Source: Pseudomonadota bacterium (GTDB lineage: Bacteria > Myxococcota_A > Bradymonadia > UBA4248). Taken from it: DNA of 62,968 nucleotides. Every line of letters starts with the position of its first letter. Within the stretch, counting starts at the first letter, position 1. Made by a program: the position numbers and the translations under genes. The DNA is taken from assembly GCA_017441205.1 (NCBI GenBank), contig JAFRYG010000047.1:1-62968 (forward strand). Direction: 5' to 3'. Positions 10,071 to 18,816 of this stretch are shown piece after piece. Under the pieces are notes generated by a model, which worked only from the letters and a program-made list of their open reading frames with translations, did no database searches and was not told the origin of the DNA.

Positions 10071-11333
10071 ATGGCTAAAATCTCAGACAAAAACAGAATT
10101 ACCAACGAAGAGATTGAAGCAATTGTGGATGAGTTCCTGCGAAAGCTCGAAATTCTCCGCGTCCGCTACGAACAGTACTTTATTGGTGTAGAAAAAGTCG
10201 CCCCCTCGGTCATGCGCATGGATGTCGTCAGAATCATGCGCGAACTGGAGCAGATTAAGGTCAAGAATACTGCCCTGAAATTCAAGATCCGCCAGGGGAT
10301 TCAGAAATTTACAAGCTACTCCACATACTGGAACCGCACACTTCGCGAAATTGAGGATGGCACCTATAAACGCCACATCGATCGCGCCAAACGCAATCAG
10401 GAAACAAACAGGTCTGCTGCAGGACAGAACGCCAAAACTGAGGCCCCCGTCAAAGAAAACCGCGAAGCCTCCAAAGCCGTCGCCGACGAAGCAGAAGCCT
10501 TTCTGGCTGGTCTTGGACTGGCTCCGTCCCCAGCACCCAGACAGACACAAACTGCGCAGGATACTGCAGAGCCACAGCAGCGCAGGCGCGCGCCGACCAT
10601 CACGATGTCCCAGCCCGAAGATGCTCAAAAAGCAATGCTTCGAAAGCGCCGCCCCACGATCGTAACATCCCAGACGGGCGAAATCGCGCAACCCTCCCCA
10701 ACGCAGACACAGCCCATCGCACAACCTGCCCCAACGCAGACGCAGCCCATCGCACAACCATTCCCAACGCAGACGCAGCCCATCGCCCAGCCTGCACAAC
10801 AACCTGCGGCTGCAGCCGCAGCTCAGGCAGACTCACAGAAAAAACTTCTCCGGGCACGCAAACCAAGCATCGTTTCGTCGCAGATCAGTCCGGCTGTGCA
10901 GCCGCCAGCTGCAGCCCCGGCGCAGCCGGCCTTTGCGCAGCCTCAGTATCCGACGCAGCAGCCAGCTCCGCAGTATTCACAAAGACCAGCTGCCGCGCAG
11001 ACAGCCCAGATGCCGGCTGCAGCACAGTTCCCGCCAAGACCTGCGCCTGCTCCGATGCAGCAAAGGCCTGCACCAGCTCCGATGCCGCAAAGGCCTGCGC
11101 CCGCGCAGACAGCCCAGATGCCGGCTGCAGCACAGTTCCCGCCAAGGCCGCCACAGGTTCCGCAAAACCCGGTCATTCCCCAGGTTCCGCCAAGACCCGG
11201 CTTCGCGCAGATTCCGCAAAGAGCTGTACCATCCCAGGTTCCGCAGCAGCCAGCCATGACAAGACCGCCGGCTTCCAATTATGGCAATTCATCGCAGCTG
11301 CCCAATTATCCACAACCACCCTACCAAAAATAA
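10071..11333 (+). CDS. conserved myxobacterial-type helical protein with long Pro/Gln/Ala tail
   Basis: N-terminal LRVRYEQYFIGVEK.AP...NTALKFK...YW.R..REIE.GTY.R resembles (from memory) the N-terminus of MXAN_5187-C-domain proteins; low-complexity C-terminal half. Confidence 0.65.
   Translation: MAKISDKNRITNEEIEAIVDEFLRKLEILRVRYEQYFIGVEKVAPSVMRMDVVRIMRELEQIKVKNTALKFKIRQGIQKFTSYSTYWNRTLREIEDGTYKRHIDRAKRNQETNRSAAGQNAKTEAPVKENREASKAVADEAEAFLAGLGLAPSPAPRQTQTAQDTAEPQQRRRAPTITMSQPEDAQKAMLRKRRPTIVTSQTGEIAQPSPTQTQPIAQPAPTQTQPIAQPFPTQTQPIAQPAQQPAAAAAAQADSQKKLLRARKPSIVSSQISPAVQPPAAAPAQPAFAQPQYPTQQPAPQYSQRPAAAQTAQMPAAAQFPPRPAPAPMQQRPAPAPMPQRPAPAQTAQMPAAAQFPPRPPQVPQNPVIPQVPPRPGFAQIPQRAVPSQVPQQPAMTRPPASNYGNSSQLPNYPQPPYQK
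10683..11150 (+). repeat. coding tandem repeats (IAQP.PTQTQP x3, 33 bp; AQTAQMPAAAQFPPRP x2)
   Basis: Read directly in DNA and protein. Confidence 0.8.
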
Positions 11334-11364
11334 CGCCACGTCGGGACGTGACTGATTATATTCT

Positions 11365-11392
11365 GTACAGACGTGCCGCGACACGTCTGTAC
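11365..11392. repeat. REP-like palindrome, GTACAGACG family
   Basis: gtacagacgtg-ccgcga-cacgtctgtac; relatives at 18373, 18468, 18653 and 62917. Confidence 0.8.
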
Positions 11393-11579
11393 CAACCGGC
11401 AATACTCCCCCAGGAATTACGCGGCGATTTTACTCAGTTCGAAAGGGAAGCATTCACTTCGTCTCCCGCGCCTGCCGGCGCTGCGGCTCGTATCTGATCT
11501 TATTTTGTACAAACGCTCCATCAGAACGTCTGACAACACAAAAAATCGAACACACCGGCAAGATTCCCGACAATGCCGC

Positions 11580-11858
11580 ATGGCCACCTTCTTCTATTAC
11601 GATGAAGATGCCGATAATCATCAGGGCAAGGCGATCTGTACCTCCTATACGCAAAAAGTCGTCAAAGTCGGAGAATGCTCTGAAGTTGGCTGTTCCATTG
11701 CCAAAGAAGATCTCGATAAGCTCGCAGGAGAAAAGCTTTTCATGGTCACCAATCTTGATGCCAGTGGCCTGCCAAGTACGATCGAATGCAATACTGGCAA
11801 CAATACAGACACAATTACCGTTGATAAGTGTGAAACCAAGATCGAGGTCATAAACTAG
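11580..11858 (+). pseudogene. orphan/remnant C-terminal 91 aa of a paralog of the downstream FG-GAP lipoprotein
   Basis: About 80% aa identical by manual alignment to the last 92 aa of 12095..15562; similarity starts abruptly at ggccacc 11582; frame intact; in-frame ATG at 11580. Confidence 0.85.
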
Positions 11859-11950
11859 CCATAAAAAAGGCCGACCGTATGATGCATCATAGGGCGGCCA
11901 GGCGAGTGTATTTTGCCCCGGCCAATAGCAGGGGCAAAATAACGAGCATA
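11582..11950 (+). repeat. direct repeat copy A (~370 bp; copy B at 15283-15657)
   Basis: Gene 3' end plus downstream hairpin element are duplicated. Confidence 0.9.
11863..11947 (+). repeat. bulged-G CGTA/TAG hairpin element (2 hairpins)
   Basis: aaaaaa ggccgac CGTAT gatgcatc ATAG ggcggcc ag gcgag TGTAT tttgcccc..ggggcaaa ATAA cgagc. Confidence 0.85.
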
Positions 11951-12094
11951 CCTAAAAAAAATACTTCCGCCCCTACAACGCGATACGTCTCTGCTGCCAA
12001 AAAAACCATGAATTAACTCCATAACAATGCTATGCTTGCTGAGTTGTGATTCAATTTGCTTTATTTAAAACTGCAACATGCAATGGAGGAAGAC

Positions 12095-15000
12095 ATGCAA
12101 AACCCAAAAAGCCTGTTTTTCGTGTTTATCAGCGCCCTGGCAATGTACGGCTGCAACGATGAATCCAGCACGTCGACGAATACTCCGGCTCCGGCGCCGA
12201 CCCCGGAATGCCAGTCCGGGGCGGATTGCGATTCGGGCGTCTGCAATGAAGACGGAACCTGCGCCCCCAAAAAGGAAGAAAAGAAACCTGAATGTGACGA
12301 TGACAATCCATGCAAGAAACCTCAGAAATGTTTCGATGGAAAATGCAAAACGCCCGAGGGTTACTGCGAATCTGACGATGACTGCAAGGATGACAAAATC
12401 TGTGTGGAAGAGAGCTGCATCGATATTACCTGGCTAAATGAAGGAGACGAATGCAAACCTCTGGGAAAAGAGGCTCAATGCCAGGCACCGCTGATCTGCC
12501 AGGAAGGAACATGCCAGCCTCCAAAAAAGATCATCGACAAGGACAATCCCTGCACGAATGACGAAGATTGCGCAGATCAGGATGGAAAACCGTACTGCCT
12601 CAAAACCGGACTCTGCGGAAATATAGGGGAGCTCGGCGAGGTTTGCAGCGATGAGGTGCAATGCCCGGACGATATGTCCTGCCAAACGGTTTGCGTACAC
12701 GTCAAACACGAAAATGAACCCTGCAACGAGGAAACCTTTGATGTTTGCGATGAGGGATTGAGCTGCAAGGAAGGTGCCTGCCACATTTATAATGACAAAA
12801 TTCAGTCCGGAGAAGAATGCAATGAGTCATGGCTGCTCTGTGACGAGGGCTTGACCTGCCACGACGGTATCTGCGTTACGATTGTTGACGAAGATACCAA
12901 GTGCGACGAAGCAAAGCATATTATCTGCAAGGATGAACAGGCTTGTATCGGAGGTGTCTGCAAATCCGTGACCGGCACATGCGAATCCACACAAGACTGC
13001 AAACAGAAGGATTCGTTCTGCTGCAAGGATGATTCCTGCGGCATGAAGGGTTACTGCATTCCGTACAATGACACGGTTACACACGACGAAACCTGCGAGT
13101 TCGTTACAAAGGAAGGTATCTTCGAAGCCCAGATTCAGTGCCGCTGGCAGCCGCCAGCCAATAATGACTACAGCACATCCACAAAAGTCGAAATGCCTCC
13201 TCTGGTCGGACCATTCGGAGAGTTCAAAACATCCAAGGGTAAGGATATAAAGAACGTCATTGCCGTTTATTCATATGATAAACGATATACCAAAACAGAG
13301 GAGACCGATCAAAAGGCTCATAAATCGGCGATTCGCTTCATCAACCCGGAAACCTGTGACACGCTCCAGACTATTCCCTACGAAATGTCGTGTGCATGGC
13401 AGAACTATCCCTCTGCAGCGGATCTGAACAACGACGGTCTTTTTGAACTCATCGTCATCGACAGCAAACACCGTCCGGTCGCATTCAAGTGGGATGCTTC
13501 GAAAAAGCAATACGCCAAATGGTGGACCGGTGAAGTCACCACCGGCGATGTTCCCATGATTTTCGACATCGACAACGACAAAAATCCCGAAATCATTCTG
13601 GGGGATGCCGTCATCAACGGAAAAACGGGCAAAACCATCTTTGCAGGTACCTTAGATAAAGAAGGAAAACCCACTGACTACACATATCGTACGCTTGCCG
13701 TCGGTTATCTGGATACAGCCAAAGACGGGCTCGCCTCGATGGCCATCAGCAGCAAAGTACAAAAATGGGATAAGACCAATAAAAACTGGAAAGTGATCGC
13801 CAGACTTCCCAAGAGCCGTACGCACTTGGCATACGCAGATTTCGGCACACCAGGCAAAGAAGACAAAGACTTTAATTTCAGCAAACTCGACGGCAAACCT
13901 GAAATCGTCTCTGCCGGCGGCGGTACGATGAGCATCTATGCCCTGACGCCCAGCGCCAAAGGAGATGGCACCTACGACGTTCAGACTGTCATGGATGTCA
14001 CATTTACAGACCCCATTGGTTCGACGAGCGATAAACCCCAGGGAGGCCCGATCACCATCGGCGACTTCGACAGCGATGGATTCCCCGAAATCGGCATCGC
14101 TTCATCCGGATTTTTCGGCGTCTATGATCCGCGATGCCCGGGCTATAAAAAAGGCGAAAAAGGCGAATGCGCCGACAAAAACGTCCTCTGGGAACGATGG
14201 TCGCAGGATGCATCCTCAGGTCAAACCGGTTCCTCGCTGTTTGATTTCGACGGCGACGGCAGAGCCGAAGCCGTTTATGCCGACGAATGTTTTACACGTA
14301 TCTATGATGGCAAAACAGGAAAAGTTCTCTTCAGTGCAAAGCGTTCATCCAGTACATCCATCGAAGCACCGACGATTGCCGATATCGATGGCGACGGCAG
14401 CGCCGAAATCGTCATGGGGTCCGATAACAATATCTCGTGCTATCACGATACGTACGATCCAAACGATACTACGGGTGAAAAGACGAAGTATAGTCCGACC
14501 AATTCAGAGCATGCCAAATTGACGGACTTTGCCGACCCAATCCACGAAGGCATTCCATGCCTGGCCGACGAAGATTGCCCGCTGAGCAAGAACTGCGACA
14601 CAAACCTCAAACTCTGCCTGTGCCAAACCGATGCAGACTGCAACACTCAAAATACTCCGACGCTCAAACCTGAAGGAAAAAAAGCAGGTGAAGAGTGTAA
14701 GAAAGATGCAGATTGCAGGAGCAACAACTGCGTTCTCGACACCAAGACCAACAAGAAAACTTGCAGCAATATCCTCCAGCAATACGTCTGTGCGCCCCCG
14801 ATCCATAGCCAGGTCGGCATGATGGTCAATTCCGACGGCAAAGGCAGAAAAATGGTCAAACCCAGAGGAACGCGCCCCAATGGCTGGAAAGAAGGTGACT
14901 ATCAGGTCTGCCGTGCAACCCGAAAAACGAGGCAGATTGGTAATGCCGACATGATGATCTTCAAGGATCGTCTGGATCGATGGGTCAGCTCCCGCAATAT

Positions 15001-15562
15001 CTGGAATCAGCACTCCTACAATATCATCAATATCGAAGATAACGGCAAAGTGCCTGACAATGCCACATGGCTCAAAAACTGGAATCTCAAGAATGATAAG
15101 AAAAATCCCGTTTACAATAATTATCGCCTGAACAAGCAGGGCACATACGGTGCAGGCAAAGCCCCAGATATTACAGGACGATTCCTGCCCGGCGATATAT
15201 GCGGCCAAACCGAAGATGGAGAATACATCATCAAAGGCAAGCTCTGTAACCGCGGAACCAAGCCCGTATCGCAGAACCTTCCGGCCACCTTCTTCTATTA
15301 CGATGAAAATAATGAGAAAAATCATCAGGGTAAGGCGATCTGTACCTCCTATACGCAGAAGGTCGTCGGCGTCGGTGAATGCTCTGAAGTTGGCTGCACC
15401 ATTACCAAAGAAGAACTCGATGCTCTCGCTGGACAAAAGCTTCTCATGGTTGCCAATCTCAACGAAAAAGGTCTGGCAAGCACGATCGAGTGCAATACGG
15501 AAAACAATACAGACACAATTACCGTTGATAAATGTGTAACCAAGATTGAGGTCGTGAATTAA
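12095..15562 (+). CDS. large Cys-rich FG-GAP/VCBS repeat surface lipoprotein (adhesin-like)
   Basis: ATG 12095 after GGAGG; lipobox AMYGC; N-terminal Cys-rich repeats; DLNNDG, DIDNDK, GDFDSDG, FDFDGDGRAEAVYADE, ADIDGDGSAEIV; WNQHSY motif; C-terminal CNRGT Ig-like module. Confidence 0.88.
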   Translation: MQNPKSLFFVFISALAMYGCNDESSTSTNTPAPAPTPECQSGADCDSGVCNEDGTCAPKKEEKKPECDDDNPCKKPQKCFDGKCKTPEGYCESDDDCKDDKICVEESCIDITWLNEGDECKPLGKEAQCQAPLICQEGTCQPPKKIIDKDNPCTNDEDCADQDGKPYCLKTGLCGNIGELGEVCSDEVQCPDDMSCQTVCVHVKHENEPCNEETFDVCDEGLSCKEGACHIYNDKIQSGEECNESWLLCDEGLTCHDGICVTIVDEDTKCDEAKHIICKDEQACIGGVCKSVTGTCESTQDCKQKDSFCCKDDSCGMKGYCIPYNDTVTHDETCEFVTKEGIFEAQIQCRWQPPANNDYSTSTKVEMPPLVGPFGEFKTSKGKDIKNVIAVYSYDKRYTKTEETDQKAHKSAIRFINPETCDTLQTIPYEMSCAWQNYPSAADLNNDGLFELIVIDSKHRPVAFKWDASKKQYAKWWTGEVTTGDVPMIFDIDNDKNPEIILGDAVINGKTGKTIFAGTLDKEGKPTDYTYRTLAVGYLDTAKDGLASMAISSKVQKWDKTNKNWKVIARLPKSRTHLAYADFGTPGKEDKDFNFSKLDGKPEIVSAGGGTMSIYALTPSAKGDGTYDVQTVMDVTFTDPIGSTSDKPQGGPITIGDFDSDGFPEIGIASSGFFGVYDPRCPGYKKGEKGECADKNVLWERWSQDASSGQTGSSLFDFDGDGRAEAVYADECFTRIYDGKTGKVLFSAKRSSSTSIEAPTIADIDGDGSAEIVMGSDNNISCYHDTYDPNDTTGEKTKYSPTNSEHAKLTDFADPIHEGIPCLADEDCPLSKNCDTNLKLCLCQTDADCNTQNTPTLKPEGKKAGEECKKDADCRSNNCVLDTKTNKKTCSNILQQYVCAPPIHSQVGMMVNSDGKGRKMVKPRGTRPNGWKEGDYQVCRATRKTRQIGNADMMIFKDRLDRWVSSRNIWNQHSYNIINIEDNGKVPDNATWLKNWNLKNDKKNPVYNNYRLNKQGTYGAGKAPDITGRFLPGDICGQTEDGEYIIKGKLCNRGTKPVSQNLPATFFYYDENNEKNHQGKAICTSYTQKVVGVGECSEVGCTITKEELDALAGQKLLMVANLNEKGLASTIECNTENNTDTITVDKCVTKIEVVN

Positions 15563-15657
15563 CCCCACAAAAAAAGGCCGCCCGTATGATGCATCATAGG
15601 GCGGCCAGGCGAGTGTATTTTGCCCCGGCCGGCAGCAGGGGCAAAATAACGAGCATA
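15283..15657 (+). repeat. direct repeat copy B
   Basis: See 11582-11950. Confidence 0.9.
15569..15654 (+). repeat. bulged-G CGTA/TAG hairpin element (2 hairpins)
   Basis: aaaaaaa ggccgcc CGTAT gatgcatc ATAG ggcggcc ag gcgag TGTAT tttgcccc..ggggcaaa ATAA cgagc. Confidence 0.85.
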
Positions 15658-15747
15658 TTCCCCAATGCTCTGTTCCATGAGTATGGCTATTATTATTTTT
15701 GTTGCAATGATTGCGATGGCTATATTCAGCACTCATCACAATAAGTA

Positions 15748-16036
15748 CGCCGCCATGGACGGCGGCGAGAGGCGAGGGAGGCATGTCCAGGGATGGACAT
15801 TCGACCCGCAACAACGATAACCAAAAGAAGCGTGCGGGGGGCCGAGATGAGTACCGTTCGGTGAACGGTGCGAATCGCAGAGCCCAGTGAACAACGGCCA
15901 ATCATGAGCCGATTGCCGACAGGCAAAGGAGGCGATATGAGTGGCCCATTGTGAACTGTGTAGGGGGTGTTCACAATCGAACACCCCCTGCCGCGTAAGC
16001 GTACAAAAAAAACAAGCATCCGCGCTGCAAAGCGCG
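15748..16036 (+). ncRNA. multi-hairpin structured intergenic element (candidate sRNA or MITE-like element)
   Basis: cgccgcc-atggac-ggcggcg; atgtcc-agggat-ggacat; gtaccgttc-ggt-gaacggtgc; agggggtgttc-acaatc-gaacaccccct; cgcgct-gcaa-agcgcg. Confidence 0.45.
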
Positions 16037-16088
16037 AACAACTCTGTATACCAATAGGTGTGGCTATGTTAGGGGGAGAACGCCAAAA

Positions 16089-17390
16089 TTAAAATCCTTT
16101 AATCATCACGACGCGGGTATCAATGACAACTTCCCGGATCGTCGACGTAATGATGCCGGTACAGAACTTGTCTTTCGTATCGACGACGAGGATTTCGCCT
16201 ATCTTGCGAAGCGGCAGATCATCCGTCGTATATTCACGATCCTCATAGACTTCATCCAGATATTCACGCTTGGGATACTGCGGCGTATTCGGCGGATGAC
16301 CGAGGACCCAGGTTCTCGTCGTTTCGCGTTTGAGCGTACCATCGCGAGGATCTTTTTTGTCATCATCGTCGTCGTCATCATTGTATTCTGATTTGACCCC
16401 TTCTCCCTGAGGCAGGTAATCCAGACCTTCGCGCTGTTCGAAAACGATCCATCGATTGCCAGGCACGACACCATCCTGCGAACCACGATTAATGATGACA
16501 AACTGGTTCGTTGCCAGTTGATCGAGCACATCAATCGTATCAATAATGCGGCCTTCCATGCTCTTGGTATTTGCCGTACGCTGAGTCGCAAAAACAAGGT
16601 CATTGTTGGGAATGATGAGATTACCGCGTTCAATCTCCCGGGTCGCATTGATAATACGTGCCGTCGAAAGCATTTCCGGCTGAACGTCGATGAGCTCAAT
16701 TTCGCCCGTGCGAATGAGTTTATAGGCCAGTTTGTCACCATTTTCGTCATAGATTGGCTTCGGCGACTGCTCAAACACCGTAAAACGCTGGCCAATCGAA
16801 TATTTTTTGCGCATCTCAATATCGACCCAGTCGACGTTGACTTCATCCCCCATCGTAAGCAGGTGTTTTTCCTGTTCCGAATAGAGGATATGCCCGCGCG
16901 ATTCGGGAAGTTCCGAAACATAGAACCCGGGTACCACGATGACACCGCGACCGACGGTCTTTGATGCATTGTAGGATACGGGAGATGCCGGAACCGTCGT
17001 CAAATCTGCCGATGCAGCACTTGGTTCCAGATAAATCGTATCACCGGGATATATCCAGTGCGGATTCGTCACCTGAGGATTGAACGACCACAATGCAGGC
17101 CATTTAAACGGATCTGCCATATACGTCGCACTCAAATCCCAAAGCGTATCCCCATTGACGACCTGATGCGTCCGCGGACCATTTTTTCTGGCGGAATCAT
17201 TGCGCTGCTGAAAAGGACTCGAATAAGACGTCGATTGTCCCTGTACACTCGAAATATGCTGAGTCTGCACCATCGGCGCGTCTCCCGCTCCGCCGCCCTC
17301 TGAAGCGCCTTCGCCTTCAGCAAAGGCATGAAGCGGCATCATCATACAGGATATTAACAGACAAGCCGTCAGAGAATATTTTCGATACAT
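16089..17390 (-). CDS. LysM peptidoglycan-binding protein (TsaP-like architecture)
   Basis: Signal peptide; HQVVNGDTLWDLS...PFKWPALW..NPQVTNPHWIYPGD; C-terminal VIINRGSQDGV.PG. Confidence 0.85.
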   Translation of the reverse strand: MYRKYSLTACLLISCMMMPLHAFAEGEGASEGGGAGDAPMVQTQHISSVQGQSTSYSSPFQQRNDSARKNGPRTHQVVNGDTLWDLSATYMADPFKWPALWSFNPQVTNPHWIYPGDTIYLEPSAASADLTTVPASPVSYNASKTVGRGVIVVPGFYVSELPESRGHILYSEQEKHLLTMGDEVNVDWVDIEMRKKYSIGQRFTVFEQSPKPIYDENGDKLAYKLIRTGEIELIDVQPEMLSTARIINATREIERGNLIIPNNDLVFATQRTANTKSMEGRIIDTIDVLDQLATNQFVIINRGSQDGVVPGNRWIVFEQREGLDYLPQGEGVKSEYNDDDDDDDKKDPRDGTLKRETTRTWVLGHPPNTPQYPKREYLDEVYEDREYTTDDLPLRKIGEILVVDTKDKFCTGIITSTIREVVIDTRVVMIKGF

Positions 17391-17433
17391 TGCGTGTCTC
17401 CGCGCCGCATTGCGGCAAAAATATAAAATGAAC

Positions 17434-18294
17434 TCAAGGTTTCACCGTATTCATTGACTCGTATTTTTCTTTTCCAATGCGAGCAGCTTCCGTTCCCGGG
17501 AATGCATCCATCAGATACCGCAGCATCTCACGCGCCGAATCCAACTTTCCGAGCTTCTGATAAGTCAGAGATACCTTCAGTATGGCATCCGGAACCTTGT
17601 TCGCATTCGGATATTCCTGAACTATTCTATGAAAATAACCGGCTGCCTCATGATACAAACCCTCGCCGTAAAAACACTCACCAATCCAGTAAAGCGCATT
17701 ATCGACGTACGACTCATCGGGTCGCGTCGCCAGGAACTTCTCAAATCTGGCGCGCGAATCCGCAAAAGCCCCCTGACGATAAAGATCAATACCTTCCTGA
17801 TAAAATGTCATCGGCGACGATGAAACTGCGGTCGCTGCTGCCGGTACTTCACCCGCTGCCGGCAACTTCTCATCTGTCACATTATCATAGGCCCTTACCG
17901 GACCACGTCCGGAACTCTGTGAGGTCGAAGACCCAAAATATGCCCGCTTCTTTTCGTCCGATACAACGATGTCCTGATATACATCATCCTCAATCTCCAC
18001 CACTTCCGTAGGATGATGATTAAACTGAGACGATACCTTCGAATTATCCGGATCAATACGAACGACTTCACGGGAATCCATGGACGTGCGGCGTGACAGC
18101 ATCGCAACCATATCTTCGAGCTGTGACACGCGCTTTTCAAGATTGGCAATCTTCGTTTTCTGGCGCATCTGCTCTGCATCAACGTCCTCAAGCTTGCCAT
18201 CCAGAACTATCCTGTCGCGTTCGCTCAGGCCTCCGCTCTGCGTTGCGCACCCCGTCGCCAGAAGCATTAATCCTATCCAAACCAGTCTCTTCAT
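17434..18294 (-). CDS. cpoB: cell-division coordinator CpoB/YbgF (TPR lipoprotein)
   Basis: Lipobox LATGC from ATG 18294; coiled coil; DNALYWIGECFY...YPNANKVPDAILK TPRs. Confidence 0.85.
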   Translation of the reverse strand: MKRLVWIGLMLLATGCATQSGGLSERDRIVLDGKLEDVDAEQMRQKTKIANLEKRVSQLEDMVAMLSRRTSMDSREVVRIDPDNSKVSSQFNHHPTEVVEIEDDVYQDIVVSDEKKRAYFGSSTSQSSGRGPVRAYDNVTDEKLPAAGEVPAAATAVSSSPMTFYQEGIDLYRQGAFADSRARFEKFLATRPDESYVDNALYWIGECFYGEGLYHEAAGYFHRIVQEYPNANKVPDAILKVSLTYQKLGKLDSAREMLRYLMDAFPGTEAARIGKEKYESMNTVKP

Positions 18295-18372
18295 TTCCCT
18301 CTCCAGAGACAACCTATGACAAAGACGGTTTAACTCAAAATATAAATGTTGGCACATTTTGGGGCTACGGGT

Positions 18373-18494
18373 GCACAGACGTGTCACAAATCGTCTCTGC
18401 TAACCCTAACCCACAGACGTGTCGCTGCCAACTCTAACCCACAGACGTGTCGCTGCCAACTCTAACCGTACAGACGTTCCACGGAACGTCTCTA
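18373..18494. repeat. cluster of GTACAGACG REP-like units including a 28-bp tandem duplication
   Basis: ctaacccacagacgtgtcgctgccaact x2 (18406-18461), then gtacagacgttcc-ac-ggaacgtctcta. Confidence 0.8.
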
Positions 18495-18520
18495 ACAATT
18501 AACTGCTTTTTTTGGGGGAT

Positions 18521-18600
18521 GTGGCCTTTTGCCTGCGGCAATACGGCCACCTGGCGCGGTTCTATTGGGGTGCCCCCAATACGCCCCGCGCTTTTATTTT
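18521..18600 (-). repeat. bulged-G CGTA/TAG hairpin element (2 hairpins)
   Basis: Minus strand: aaaataaaa gcgcgggg CGTAT tgggg-gca-cccca ATAG aaccgcgc cag gtggc CGTAT tgcc-gca-ggca AAAG gccac. Confidence 0.8.
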
Positions 18601-18652
18601 CGATGGGCTGCACACGTAACTATCTCACTATTCACTAAACATTATGCATTCT

Positions 18653-18680
18653 GTACAGACGTGCGGCCCGCACGTCTCTA
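18653..18680. repeat. REP-like palindrome, GTACAGACG family
   Basis: gtacagacgtgcgg-c-ccgcacgtctcta. Confidence 0.8.
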
Positions 18681-18690
18681 ACAACAATTC

Positions 18691-18816
18691 ATTACGCATT
18701 ATGAATTACGCATTATGCATTGCGCATTGCGAATTATGCATTATGAATTACGCATTATGCATTGCGAATTATGAATTATGCATTATGAATTACGCATTAT
18801 GCATTATGCATTACGA
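18691..18816. repeat. heptamer tandem repeat ATTRYGM x18
   Basis: attacgc/attatga/attatgc/attgcga units; the last unit overlaps the rnhA stop codon. Confidence 0.92.

Noticed and set aside
11373-11579. 5' part of the 161-aa ORF as a real gene
   Set aside because: It starts inside a REP-like palindrome and has no similarity to the paralog before 11582.
11582-15562. Diversity-generating retroelement TR/VR pair
   Set aside because: Mismatches are not adenine-specific (ggc/ggt, tgt/tgc, ttc/ctc, gaa/caa), there is a codon indel, and no reverse transcriptase is in the window.
18406-18470. CRISPR-like 28-bp repeats
   Set aside because: The repeats are directly adjacent with no unique spacers, and no cas genes are present.
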